Source: Verrucomicrobiia bacterium (GTDB taxonomy: Bacteria > Verrucomicrobiota > Verrucomicrobiia > Limisphaerales > UBA1319). Taken from it: a stretch of 64,000 bases of DNA. Made by a program: the position numbers and the translations under genes. Location: assembly GCA_963664225.1 (NCBI GenBank), contig OY760937.1, forward strand, positions 3,104,001-3,168,000, written 5' to 3'. The notes beneath the pieces were generated by a model. It was not told the DNA's origin. It worked only from the letters and a program-made list of their open reading frames with translations, and made no database searches. The first letter of the stretch is position 1, and every line of letters begins with the position of its first letter. This document shows positions 52,411 to 61,581 of this stretch, piece by piece.

Positions 52411-54381
52411 TCAGGCGCCCGCTCCGCGGCCGGGGTGTGAAGAGGGAGGTGAATCTTTGGGCGCCTCCGGCTCCTCCTCAAATACCTCCGGATACAATCT
52501 GTGTGCGCACTCGGGGCACAGACCATGGGTGAATGTCGCGGCAGAGTGCTGCTCGACATAGAGTTCCACCGTGTTCCAGTAGCCGCCGTCGTCGCGAATT
52601 TTCTTGCAGGAGGCGCAAATAGGCAGCAGGCCGGAAAGGGTCTTCACCTTGGCGATTGCCTCCTGCAATTCCACTATCAGATGCTCCCGTTCCACCTCGA
52701 TCTCTTTGCGCTGGGTGATATCCTCCTTGATGGCAAGGTAGTGGGTCACCTTTCCTTCAGCGTTGCGAATCGGCGACAGGGAGGCCATTTCCCAGAAGTA
52801 GTCTCCGTTCTTTTTGCGATTGTGGAATTCACCCCTCCACTCGCGTCCATCCTCCAGTGTCCGCCACAGCTCCAGGTAAAACTCCGGCGGATTTACGCCC
52901 GACTTGAGCACCCGCGGATTCTCTCCGTAAACTTCTGCCGCGCTATAGCCGGTCACCTCGGTGAATTTCGGGTTCACATATTCGATGCCCCCCTTAGTGT
53001 CCGTGATCACGATCGAGCACGGGCTTTGCTCCACGGCGCGCGAGAACTGCCGCAGACGCTCCTCCGTCGCCCGGCGTTCCGCGATTTCAATGGTCAACGA
53101 CTCGTTGACGGCATCCAATTCGGCGGTGCGGTTGCGCACTTTTTGCTCGAGTTCCTCCTGCGATTTCTGCATGTGGCGAACCATGGAGTTGAACGTCACG
53201 GCCAGATGACCGACCTCGTCTTTTTCATGAACAGTGGCGCGGGCGTTCAAATTGCCCCTGTCCACCTCATGGGCGGCGCGGTCGAGATCCCGCAGTGGGT
53301 GGGAGAGGCGGCGGGCGACAAACAGCGTCGTAGCCATGGCCGCCAACAGCATGACCAGCCAAAGCGCCGCGACTTCCCAAGCCGCCTTTCGGGCTTCCGC
53401 ATTCAACTCGCTCTTGTCCTGTTGCACCACAAGGCTCCAGTGCTGGCCGGGCGAAACCTCCACCGTCCGATAAGCCGCAAGCACCGCACGGCCCTGATAA
53501 TCCGTCGTCTCCTCTATCCCTTCCAGACCCCTGGCTGCCTGGCGAGCCATCTCGCTGCGATTGAGGTTGCTGGCGGTTCCCGCAGCGCCCTGGGATGTTC
53601 GATCGATGTTGAGAATCACCCCTTGGGAGTCCATTAACAGCGACTTGCCGGTCGATCCCTGCAACAACATGCGATGCCTCAATGGCGCGAGCAGGTTATC
53701 AAGCCGGGTTTCCAATACGAGCACCGCAGCCGGCCTTCCCGCCTCCATTATCGCGCGGGATAAATGCACCACGGAATTGGCCGAAAGCGGTTCTCTGTGA
53801 AGCTCCAGAACAGGAACACCCGGCAGACCTCGCGCATTCAAGAAACAGCCCGCTTGCGATAGATTGGAACCCAGCCGCGTGGGATCCGTGGACGCAATCA
53901 CCAGACCGGTCGCCGCATCCACGATCTGGAGACTCTGGTAGATGGTTCCCGGACCGACCCAGGGTTTGATCTGCGCCAGCAGCGCCGCGTTGATGGAATG
54001 GTTTCTCAGGCTCAGAATGCGCGCGGACGTCAAATTGGCCGTTCCGGCGGCTTTCAACTGGGTTTTCCAGGCCGCCACCGCAGCCTTTATGCCGGGGTTT
54101 TCGGCCAGACCCAGACTATCGGCCTCACGCTCCTGACGCCATCCTTCAAGCCATGTTTTCTGAATGTCCGCAATGGCCGCCAGCCGTTGGTCGGCCTCAG
54201 CGCGGTGCATGCGCAATTCGCCAACAATGGAGCTGTGCGGCAGCCCGAAGAGGTAAATGACGTTGATCGCGGCCAGGAAAATGAGAAAGACCGTGCCAAA
54301 ACCCAGCAACATTTTGGAACGTATGCCAAGCCCGGCTGGCTCATCTAATTTGGTCGAACCATCCTGATCTCCCGAATTCAT
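52411..54381 (-). CDS. Membrane sensor: Cache-like domain, HAMP, PAS and Cys/His-rich tail; no kinase or cyclase domain
   Basis: TM-extracellular (DYQGRAVLAAY)-TM, HAMP (DEVGHLAVTFN), PAS (YVNPKFTEVTGY...NRKKNG), then LPICASCKKIRD...THGLCPEC. Confidence 0.85.
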   Translation of the reverse strand: MNSGDQDGSTKLDEPAGLGIRSKMLLGFGTVFLIFLAAINVIYLFGLPHSSIVGELRMHRAEADQRLAAIADIQKTWLEGWRQEREADSLGLAENPGIKAAVAAWKTQLKAAGTANLTSARILSLRNHSINAALLAQIKPWVGPGTIYQSLQIVDAATGLVIASTDPTRLGSNLSQAGCFLNARGLPGVPVLELHREPLSANSVVHLSRAIMEAGRPAAVLVLETRLDNLLAPLRHRMLLQGSTGKSLLMDSQGVILNIDRTSQGAAGTASNLNRSEMARQAARGLEGIEETTDYQGRAVLAAYRTVEVSPGQHWSLVVQQDKSELNAEARKAAWEVAALWLVMLLAAMATTLFVARRLSHPLRDLDRAAHEVDRGNLNARATVHEKDEVGHLAVTFNSMVRHMQKSQEELEQKVRNRTAELDAVNESLTIEIAERRATEERLRQFSRAVEQSPCSIVITDTKGGIEYVNPKFTEVTGYSAAEVYGENPRVLKSGVNPPEFYLELWRTLEDGREWRGEFHNRKKNGDYFWEMASLSPIRNAEGKVTHYLAIKEDITQRKEIEVEREHLIVELQEAIAKVKTLSGLLPICASCKKIRDDGGYWNTVELYVEQHSAATFTHGLCPECAHRLYPEVFEEEPEAPKDSPPSSHPGRGAGA

Positions 54382-54594
54382 TATATGACAGCGGCTTTCA
54401 TTGATTTTTCGTGCTGCAACTTGGACTGGCGCGCTCCACTCGTCAAGCGTCCCGGGGATAACGTTGACAATTATTTGCGCGCGGGGTTGAAACCGGCCAA
54501 TTCCCCTTCTCACGCTATTGGTAAAGCACCTGTTGGCATCCTCTTGCCGCACCCGGCCTTTGAGGCTATACTAAGCCCATCTTGTGAGGCGCTT

Positions 54595-55644
54595 ATGAAA
54601 CGAAGAGTCTTTATCAAAGTGGTTGGCGGTGTCGCGGGCGGTCTGGCCGTGGGCGGTCAGTCTTTTTTATCCGCTGCGGACGCGGTGGAAACAAAAGTGG
54701 AGGGGCTGCCCAGACGCCCCCTTGGGCAGACCGGCCGGAAAATATCCGTGGTCGGATTTCCCGGGCTGGCCCTCATGCATTACGACCAACAGCGCTGCAC
54801 CGAGGGAATCCATAGCGCCTTCGAACGCGGGCTGAACTATTTCGATGTCGCTCCCGCCTATAACAATGGCGATTGCGAAATCAAAATGGGCATCGGCCTC
54901 CAGGGGCTGGACCGTGACCAATATTTTCTGGCGTGCAAGACCAACCGCCGGGACAAGGAAGGCGCGCGCAAGGAATTGGAACGCTCGCTGACCCGCCTCA
55001 AGACCGATCATTTCGACCTCTATCAGCTCCATCATCTGCGACAACCCGCCGAAGTCCGCGAAGTGCTCGGACCGGACGGTGCTCTTGCCACCATTCAGAA
55101 GGCCCGGGACGAGGGGAAAATCCGCCATGTCGGATTCTCCGCGCACACGACCAAGGCGGCCTTGCAGGTTATGAAGGAGTTCCGCTTTGACACCGTCATG
55201 TTTCCCGTGAGCTTTGCCGAATATTACACCGTCGGCTTTGCAAAAGAGGTCCTGGAATTTGCGGAAAAACAGGGTGTGGGCGTCATCGCCATCAAGCCGT
55301 TGAGCATGGGCCAATGGCCGCAGGGCATGCAAAAAACGCGCGAATGGTGGTACCGCACCACGGAGAGCCAGCGGGAAGTGGATCTGGCCATGCGCTTTGC
55401 ACTCTCCCAGCCAGGCGTCGTCACGGGAATTCCGCCCTCATTCCTGGACCTTTTGGACAAGGCCATTGAAGCGGGCAAAAACTTCAAACCGATCACAACC
55501 GAAGAATTGGCAGAATTAAAGGAAATCGCCAAATCCTGCGAATCCTACTTCAAGACCGAGGATGCCAAAGTAGTGGCCATGGGTGGATCGCCGCACGAAC
55601 GGACCACAGGCGAATGCCCGCACGATTACGGCCATTTCGCCTGA
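54595..55644 (+). CDS. Tat-exported aldo/keto reductase
   Basis: MKRRVFIK Tat motif, NYFDVAPAY, LERSLTRLKTDHFDLYQLH, GKIRHVGFSAH. Confidence 0.9.
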   Translation: MKRRVFIKVVGGVAGGLAVGGQSFLSAADAVETKVEGLPRRPLGQTGRKISVVGFPGLALMHYDQQRCTEGIHSAFERGLNYFDVAPAYNNGDCEIKMGIGLQGLDRDQYFLACKTNRRDKEGARKELERSLTRLKTDHFDLYQLHHLRQPAEVREVLGPDGALATIQKARDEGKIRHVGFSAHTTKAALQVMKEFRFDTVMFPVSFAEYYTVGFAKEVLEFAEKQGVGVIAIKPLSMGQWPQGMQKTREWWYRTTESQREVDLAMRFALSQPGVVTGIPPSFLDLLDKAIEAGKNFKPITTEELAELKEIAKSCESYFKTEDAKVVAMGGSPHERTTGECPHDYGHFA

Positions 55645-55684
55645 TCGCATCGCGCTGCATATCTCAGGTTTCAGACTGGTCCGC

Positions 55685-57031
55685 TTAACGCGGGAACATT
55701 CCCGGAGGCGGCACGCCGCCCATGCGCCCCATCATTTTCTGGAATTTTCCGAATTTCTTCATCATCTGCTGCATCTGATTGAAGCGGTTGAGCAGGTTGT
55801 TCAATTCGGAAACCTGAACGCCGCTGCCCTTGGCGATGCGAATGCGGCGTTTGGCGTTGAGAATGCTCGGATTGCGCCGTTCCTTCAGCGTCATGGCGCA
55901 GATCATGGCCTCCATGTGCTGAAATTCCTTCTCGCTCTTGCTGAAATCCACGCCTTTGGCCATCTGACCCGCGCCCGGCAGCATGTTGACGATGTTTTCG
56001 AGCGGCCCAAGTTTCTTCATCTGGCGTAACTGCTCCAGGAAGTCCTCCAGCGAGAAAACCCCTTTGCGCATCTTCTCCTCGAGCTTGCGCGCTTCGTCGG
56101 CATCCACCGCCTCGGCGGCTTTCTCGACCAGGCTCACCACATCGCCCATGCCCAGAATTCGGGAGGCCATGCGTTCAGGATGAAACACTTCCAAGTCCTC
56201 GAGTTTCTCGCCCAAACCGGCCAGTTTGATCGGTTTTCCGACCACGGCCTTCATGCTCAGGGCCGCGCCGCCCCGGGCATCGCCGTCGAGTTTGGTCAGC
56301 ACGGCGCCGGTGATGTTGAGGGCTTTGTCGAAATGGGTCGCCACGTTCACGGCCTCCTGACCGGTGGCGGCGTCGAGGACGAGCAGGATTTCCTGCGGGT
56401 GGATCATATCCCGCAACCGAACTAGTTCTTGCACAAGTGGTTCGTCGATCTGCAGACGACCGGCGGTGTCAAAAATGAGCGTATTGCATTTGTTGGCCCT
56501 GGCATATTCCAAGGCCTCGCGGGCAATCTTCAGAACATCGGTTTCGCCCTTTTTGACGAAGACCGGCAGGGACAATTGTTCGCCCAGGGTGGCCAACTGG
56601 TCCATGGCGGCTGGGCGATAGACGTCCGCAGCCACCAGTAAAGGCGTGCGGCCCTGCTTGTTAAGCAGACGCGCGAGCTTGCCCGAGGTGGTAGTTTTGC
56701 CCGAACCGTGCAAACCGACCAGCATGATGCAGGAGGGCTCGGCGGTCAGGTTCAGGGCGGCATTCGAGGAACCGAGGAGCTCCACCAGCTCATCATGGAT
56801 GATTTTGATGATCTGCTGGCCGGGATGAATGGTCTGGATGACCTGCTGGCCGATGGCCTTTTCCTTGATCTTTTCGACGAAATCGCGGGCCACCTTGAAA
56901 TTCACATCGGCGTCCAGCAGCGCCATGCGGACATCACGCAGGGAATCACTTACGTTGGATTCGGAGATTTTCCCGAGCCCGCGCAGGTTGCGGAATACGT
57001 TCTGGAGCTTGCCGCTTAACGAGTCAAACAT
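55685..57031 (-). CDS. ffh: Signal recognition particle protein
   Basis: GLHGSGKTT, DVYRPAA, DTAGR, TKLDGDARGG, RILGMGD, RRIRIAKGSG. Confidence 0.97.
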   Translation of the reverse strand: MFDSLSGKLQNVFRNLRGLGKISESNVSDSLRDVRMALLDADVNFKVARDFVEKIKEKAIGQQVIQTIHPGQQIIKIIHDELVELLGSSNAALNLTAEPSCIMLVGLHGSGKTTTSGKLARLLNKQGRTPLLVAADVYRPAAMDQLATLGEQLSLPVFVKKGETDVLKIAREALEYARANKCNTLIFDTAGRLQIDEPLVQELVRLRDMIHPQEILLVLDAATGQEAVNVATHFDKALNITGAVLTKLDGDARGGAALSMKAVVGKPIKLAGLGEKLEDLEVFHPERMASRILGMGDVVSLVEKAAEAVDADEARKLEEKMRKGVFSLEDFLEQLRQMKKLGPLENIVNMLPGAGQMAKGVDFSKSEKEFQHMEAMICAMTLKERRNPSILNAKRRIRIAKGSGVQVSELNNLLNRFNQMQQMMKKFGKFQKMMGRMGGVPPPGMFPR

Positions 57032-57059
57032 GGGTCAAAACTAAATTAAGCGCCGTGGG

Positions 57060-57088
57060 TTGACAAGAGCGCGTGCGTTTGGCTTAAT
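57060..57088 (+). promoter_or_regulatory. Probable promoter of tRNA-Tyr
   Basis: TTGACA-N17-CTTAAT, 30 nt before the tRNA. Confidence 0.5.
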
Positions 57089-57118
57089 GGCCGGACCGTT
57101 TTTTCGGTAACGGGCCGT

Positions 57119-57204
57119 GGTAGAATACCCAAGTGGCCAACGGGGGCAGACTGTAAATCTGCTGGCTCACGCCTTCGAAGGTTCGAATCCTTCTTCTACC
57201 ACCA
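57119..57204 (+). tRNA. tRNA-Tyr (GTA)
   Basis: Acceptor stem ggtagaa/ttctacc + ACCA; anticodon arm gcaga-ctGTAaa-tctgc; long variable arm; T-arm gaagg-ttcgaat-ccttc. Confidence 0.97.
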
Positions 57205-57239
57205 TTTTCTTCGTCATCCGCAGGGAGTGAAATTTTGCG

Positions 57240-57284
57240 TTCAACCGGTTGACCATGGGTTGACTGCTGGTCAACCGGGTTGAA
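57240..57284. repeat. Nested palindrome of TCAACC/GGTTGA units between tRNA-Tyr and the convergent LRR gene
   Basis: ttcaaccggttgacca pairs with tggtcaaccgggttgaa with one bulge; internal perfect palindrome tcaaccggttga. Confidence 0.6.
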
Positions 57285-57318
57285 TTGGGTGGATTTCTGG
57301 AGCTGCCAGTACCCGGCC

Positions 57319-60300
57319 TCAAGGTACCGGTACCAAAACCACCCGATAGAACCCCTGATCGACCGGTTTGTTGATGAGAACCCGCTTTTGGGTCGTGGTG
57401 GCGGTTATGTTGGTTTCGGTCTGCCAGACACCACCGAATGCGGTCACGCTCTGGATTTCGTATTTCCTTCCCGCCACCGTCTGGAAAAAGAGGGGGTGTT
57501 GGTCCGAGCCTATGGCGGTTTTGTCCTCGTCCACCAGGTCATTGGGGCGAGACACACGCTCAAAGGCGAGTTTCGAATTCGGACTGGTCGGATCGGTGCC
57601 CGCCTGCATCTCGGCCAGATTGCGCATGCCGTCCTGATCCGCATCGTCGGTTTCGGCACTGGCATCGGGATATTTGTCCAGCAAACCCACTGTCAGCGCC
57701 CATTCCTGATAGGTGGGTTGTTCGACCCATAGCACCGTCGGACGACCGGCAAATGTCGATTCCCAGCCAGTGGTCCCAGCCCGATAATACACCGTGACAT
57801 TGGTGGCATTTTGAAAAAGGAAGGCAGGAGCGGGCGTGGGCGCATTGCCCGCGAAATAAACGGCCGTCAGGTTTGAACAATTGGCAAAGACCGATGAGCC
57901 GATACTAATGACGCCGGCTGGAATCGCGATGCCCTTCAGACTGCTGCAGGCATTGAAAACGGAATCCCTGATATTGGTGATGCCGCTGCCGAACACCACA
58001 TTGGTAAGATTGGTGCAACCAGAGAAGGCGCTGCTGTCGATTGTGTAAATATTGTCGGACATTTTAATGTCAGACAGTGTAGAGCAGCCTTTGAAGGCGT
58101 TTGCTCCTATTACGCCCACCTTAATGTCTTGAATGATATCCGGGATCACCACGCTGCCATTGCTTCCCGTATATTGAGTGATCGTGACATTCGATCCGAT
58201 GAGAGAAAAATTGAAACCGATCAGATAGGTTGACTTTCCCGCCAGGAATCTGCCCCAGCCCGTGGTTCCAAGATAATAATATATTTTGACACTCCCGGAA
58301 CCAAACGCGTTACTGGCGACGAATGAAGGGGCGTTGCCTTCAAATACTACAGAAGTCACACGGCTTCCAAACAATACGCCGGACTCAATGTCTGTAACGC
58401 TGCCGGGGATGGTGATGTTGACCAAACGGCCGCAGCCAAAAAACGCATATGATCCAATGCGCGTGAGACCGTCGGGGATTGTGACATTGGTCAGGCTGCT
58501 GCAATTGTAAAACGTATTGGACTCGATGTTGATGATTCCATTCGGAATCGTCACGTTCCACAGGGCGACGCAATTGGAGAAGCACTGACTTCCCATGCTC
58601 GTGGCGCTTTCTGGAAGTGCGATATTCGTCATCGATGTACAGTCTGCAAAGGCCGCCGAACCAATGGTGGAAACGGTTTTAGGCAGGGTGACATCGGTCA
58701 GAGCTCTGCAACTCCGAAACGCCGCATCCCCTATGCGGGTGACGCCGTCGGGTATCGAAATATTCGACAGATTGGTGCAACCATAGAATACTTCAGAAGC
58801 GATGGCGGCCACACCGGGTGGAACCGTAATATTGGCCAAGGCAGTGCATCCATTGAAGGCATCATAACCGATATTCGTCACACTGCCGGGGATCGTCATA
58901 TTGGTCAGGGCCGTGCACCGGGAAAAGGCGTAGTTTCCAATGCTTGTAACGGTGTTCGGAATGGTGATGTTTGTTATACTGGTGACGGCTGGAGAACCAT
59001 AGGAGTATGAGAAAGCGTAATCCGCAATGCACGTTACCGGCAGACCGTTAATGCTGGCCGGTATGACGACATTCCCACCCGCCCCCATGTAGCCGATGAT
59101 AGTGTAAGCGGATCCAATTTGCTGATAGGATAAATCAAGGGCCTCGGTTTTGTCCCACAGAGCCGTCGGGCGGTCTGCATATTTCGTTCCCCAGCCCGTC
59201 GTTCCAGAGCGGTAATAGATCGTTGCCATATTCGCATCTAGAAATGGGGCATTCGCCGTGATCACACTTGGAGCATTACCCTCAAAATAAACTCCTGTCA
59301 GATTCGAGCAGGCCTCAAACGCGTAGCTTTCGATTTTGGTGACGCTGGCAGGAATCGTGATACTCGTCAGCCCAACGCATCCAAAAAAGGCAGAATCCAT
59401 TATAACCTTGGTCCTATTGGGAAGAATGATGTTGGTCAGGCCCGTGCAATTATAAAACGCATTTCTGCTGATGTTGGTAATGGTTTGAGAAATAGAAATA
59501 TTCGTAAGGCCGACGCAATCTGAGAACGCAAAACCACCGAGCTGGTTGACTTTATTCGTAATACTGTAACTGCCGGTCTTTCCTGCCGGGCAAGCGATCA
59601 GTGTTGTCAGGCTTTTGTCGAGCAACGCTCCATCGACCGTTCTAAAAACGGAGTTCGTAGGGACTGCAAAATCTGTCAGACCGGCGCAGCCCGCGAAAGC
59701 GGATTCCCGGATGGCGGTGACGGTCGAGGGAATCATGTAACTTCCAGTTTTGCCACCCGGAAACTGCAGAAGCGTGCTCTGGCTTTTATTGAACAGCACG
59801 CCGTCGATGCTGGAATAGTTTGTGTTGGCTGGGTCCACTGTAATGTTTGTCAGGCTGCTGCAACGAGCGAATACACTCTCCCCGTAAACACTCACAAAAT
59901 AAATACTCGGAAAACTTAGAACAACACTCTCTGGAATTACGATATTAGTCAGGCTGGTGCAGCGATAAAATGCAGATTGATCGATAAAGGTGACGCTGTC
60001 GGGGAGGTTGATGTGTGCCAGTTTCGTACAGCCATAAAACGCCGACGGCCCGATGTTGGTAACCCCTTCAGGCAAGGTGACGCCTGTCAGTTCAAGGCAG
60101 TCTTTGACGGCTGAGTTGTCGATGGACTTGACAGTGGCGGGGACCACGTATTCGCCTTCTTTGCCTGGTGGGTAGGCAAGCAGGATCGATTGATTATTGG
60201 TGAATAAGACTCCATCGATGCTCGAATAGGCTGGATTGAGGGGATCCACCGAGATCGTCGTGAGGTTGTTACAGCCACTGAAGACCCAATGTCCAATCTG

Positions 60301-60942
60301 GGCCAAGCTGGCAGGGAGCGCGATATTCGTCAGACTGGTGCAAGACCAAAAAGCAAGAGTGCCAATGCTGGTGACCTTGTCGGGTATATTAATATCCGCC
60401 AGATTGTTGCAGTCAAAGAAGGCCGTTTGTCCAATGCTGAGCACACTGTCAGGGAGCGTGATGCTTTTAAGCTTGTAGCAGCCTATGAACATCGTATCAG
60501 CAATATTGGTGATATTGTCGGGCAAGGTGACATTGGTCAGACCTGAACAACCGCCAAACGTGCCTGTTCCAAAACTAGTGATACTGTTGGGAATAACGAC
60601 ATTGGTTAACCCCCTGCATGCCTGGAATGCATAACTGCCCAAGGTTGTGACACTGTCGGGGAACGTTAATCCCGTTATGTTCGTGCCATTATAAAACGCC
60701 ATATCCCCAATGCTGGTCACCGGTTTGCCCTCAATGACATCCGGGATGTTCACGTTGCCGCCGGGGCCGGTGTATCCGGTGATGATGGCCGAAGTGTCGT
60801 TGGTCGTGTAGGTGAAGTCGCCAAACGTGTCGGCTCTAGCCAAGGTGAGCAGGCCGGATAAAACAAGGAGTATGGGGATGGCAAGCCACTGCGCAACGGT
60901 CATGGTTTGGAGAACACTTCCGTTGCTCATCGTTTTTCTCAT
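57319..60942 (-). CDS. BspA-type (TpLRR/LRR_5) leucine-rich-repeat surface protein, three LRR modules plus C-terminal domain
   Basis: Signal peptide; many LTxIxIPxSVTxIGxxAFxxC repeats; modules end in YYxxGTTGW; DADQDGMRNLAEMQAGTDP motif; terminal GFYRVV. Confidence 0.93.
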   Translation of the reverse strand: MRKTMSNGSVLQTMTVAQWLAIPILLVLSGLLTLARADTFGDFTYTTNDTSAIITGYTGPGGNVNIPDVIEGKPVTSIGDMAFYNGTNITGLTFPDSVTTLGSYAFQACRGLTNVVIPNSITSFGTGTFGGCSGLTNVTLPDNITNIADTMFIGCYKLKSITLPDSVLSIGQTAFFDCNNLADINIPDKVTSIGTLAFWSCTSLTNIALPASLAQIGHWVFSGCNNLTTISVDPLNPAYSSIDGVLFTNNQSILLAYPPGKEGEYVVPATVKSIDNSAVKDCLELTGVTLPEGVTNIGPSAFYGCTKLAHINLPDSVTFIDQSAFYRCTSLTNIVIPESVVLSFPSIYFVSVYGESVFARCSSLTNITVDPANTNYSSIDGVLFNKSQSTLLQFPGGKTGSYMIPSTVTAIRESAFAGCAGLTDFAVPTNSVFRTVDGALLDKSLTTLIACPAGKTGSYSITNKVNQLGGFAFSDCVGLTNISISQTITNISRNAFYNCTGLTNIILPNRTKVIMDSAFFGCVGLTSITIPASVTKIESYAFEACSNLTGVYFEGNAPSVITANAPFLDANMATIYYRSGTTGWGTKYADRPTALWDKTEALDLSYQQIGSAYTIIGYMGAGGNVVIPASINGLPVTCIADYAFSYSYGSPAVTSITNITIPNTVTSIGNYAFSRCTALTNMTIPGSVTNIGYDAFNGCTALANITVPPGVAAIASEVFYGCTNLSNISIPDGVTRIGDAAFRSCRALTDVTLPKTVSTIGSAAFADCTSMTNIALPESATSMGSQCFSNCVALWNVTIPNGIINIESNTFYNCSSLTNVTIPDGLTRIGSYAFFGCGRLVNITIPGSVTDIESGVLFGSRVTSVVFEGNAPSFVASNAFGSGSVKIYYYLGTTGWGRFLAGKSTYLIGFNFSLIGSNVTITQYTGSNGSVVIPDIIQDIKVGVIGANAFKGCSTLSDIKMSDNIYTIDSSAFSGCTNLTNVVFGSGITNIRDSVFNACSSLKGIAIPAGVISIGSSVFANCSNLTAVYFAGNAPTPAPAFLFQNATNVTVYYRAGTTGWESTFAGRPTVLWVEQPTYQEWALTVGLLDKYPDASAETDDADQDGMRNLAEMQAGTDPTSPNSKLAFERVSRPNDLVDEDKTAIGSDQHPLFFQTVAGRKYEIQSVTAFGGVWQTETNITATTTQKRVLINKPVDQGFYRVVLVPVP

Positions 60943-61096
60943 ACTGCCGTTCTATCACTTGCTGAGGCACTTGCAATAACTGTTTTGCTCTGCCTGGGGA
61001 TGCAGGACAAAGTCAGGCGAGTTTTTAAATGGTTCTCGCCCCGTTCGTGCCAATACAGGTTTTAGGGCGAAATAGGAGAAATGCGTCACTTGGTTG

Positions 61097-61173
61097 CCAT
61101 AAGAACGCCGCCCCGCTGGGGCTGGGGTCTCGTGGTTTTTCGATTTCTATAAACATGGCACTCCTACGGAGTT
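61097..61173. repeat. Two REP-like hairpin units in direct repeat
   Basis: ccataagaacgccgcccc-gct-ggggct (61097-61123) and ctataaacatggcactcc-tac-ggagtt (61147-61173), 50 bp apart. Confidence 0.6.
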
Positions 61174-61269
61174 TCTGATTGTGGCCCACCGGGCGATGAC
61201 TCCCGCGGTACAAAGGAACGCCGCAGGGCCGGACATTTGGATACGGATCGCCCGGTGTGTGTTTTTGAT

Positions 61270-61365
61270 TCAACCCTTGCAGGGTAGGGGATTCCAGGGG
61301 GCGATTACCCCGGGTAGGCCACGTCGGCCAACCCGGGGCTGAGTGATTGCAACCCGTTCCGGGTT
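61270..61365. repeat. Second REP-like composite hairpin element
   Basis: accct/agggt, ccccgggt...acccgggg and aaccc/gggtt stems in series. Confidence 0.55.
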
Positions 61366-61581
61366 TCGCTGGAGTTTGGCAGGGAACGCCGGGGTTGGTT
61401 TCACACTCAGTTCCCAACGCTCCGCTTCGAAACGATAGTCTGGCGCAGATTGACGCTGCGGCGTGGCCCCGTTGGATGAAAGTGACCGCTGCGATGGGCA
61501 AAATGGTCAGGAATAGTGGATCATATAATGGTTGCTCCCATTCAGGGATACCTTGAGCCATGGCGAAAACAATTCCCGGCC

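Noticed and set aside
57240..57284. CRISPR-like repeats here or at 61097-61173
   Set aside because: There are too few units, no regular repeat-spacer period and no cas genes.
61025..61561. 178-aa minus-strand ORF between the BspA genes
   Set aside because: It translates through REP-like hairpins and has no protein-like features.
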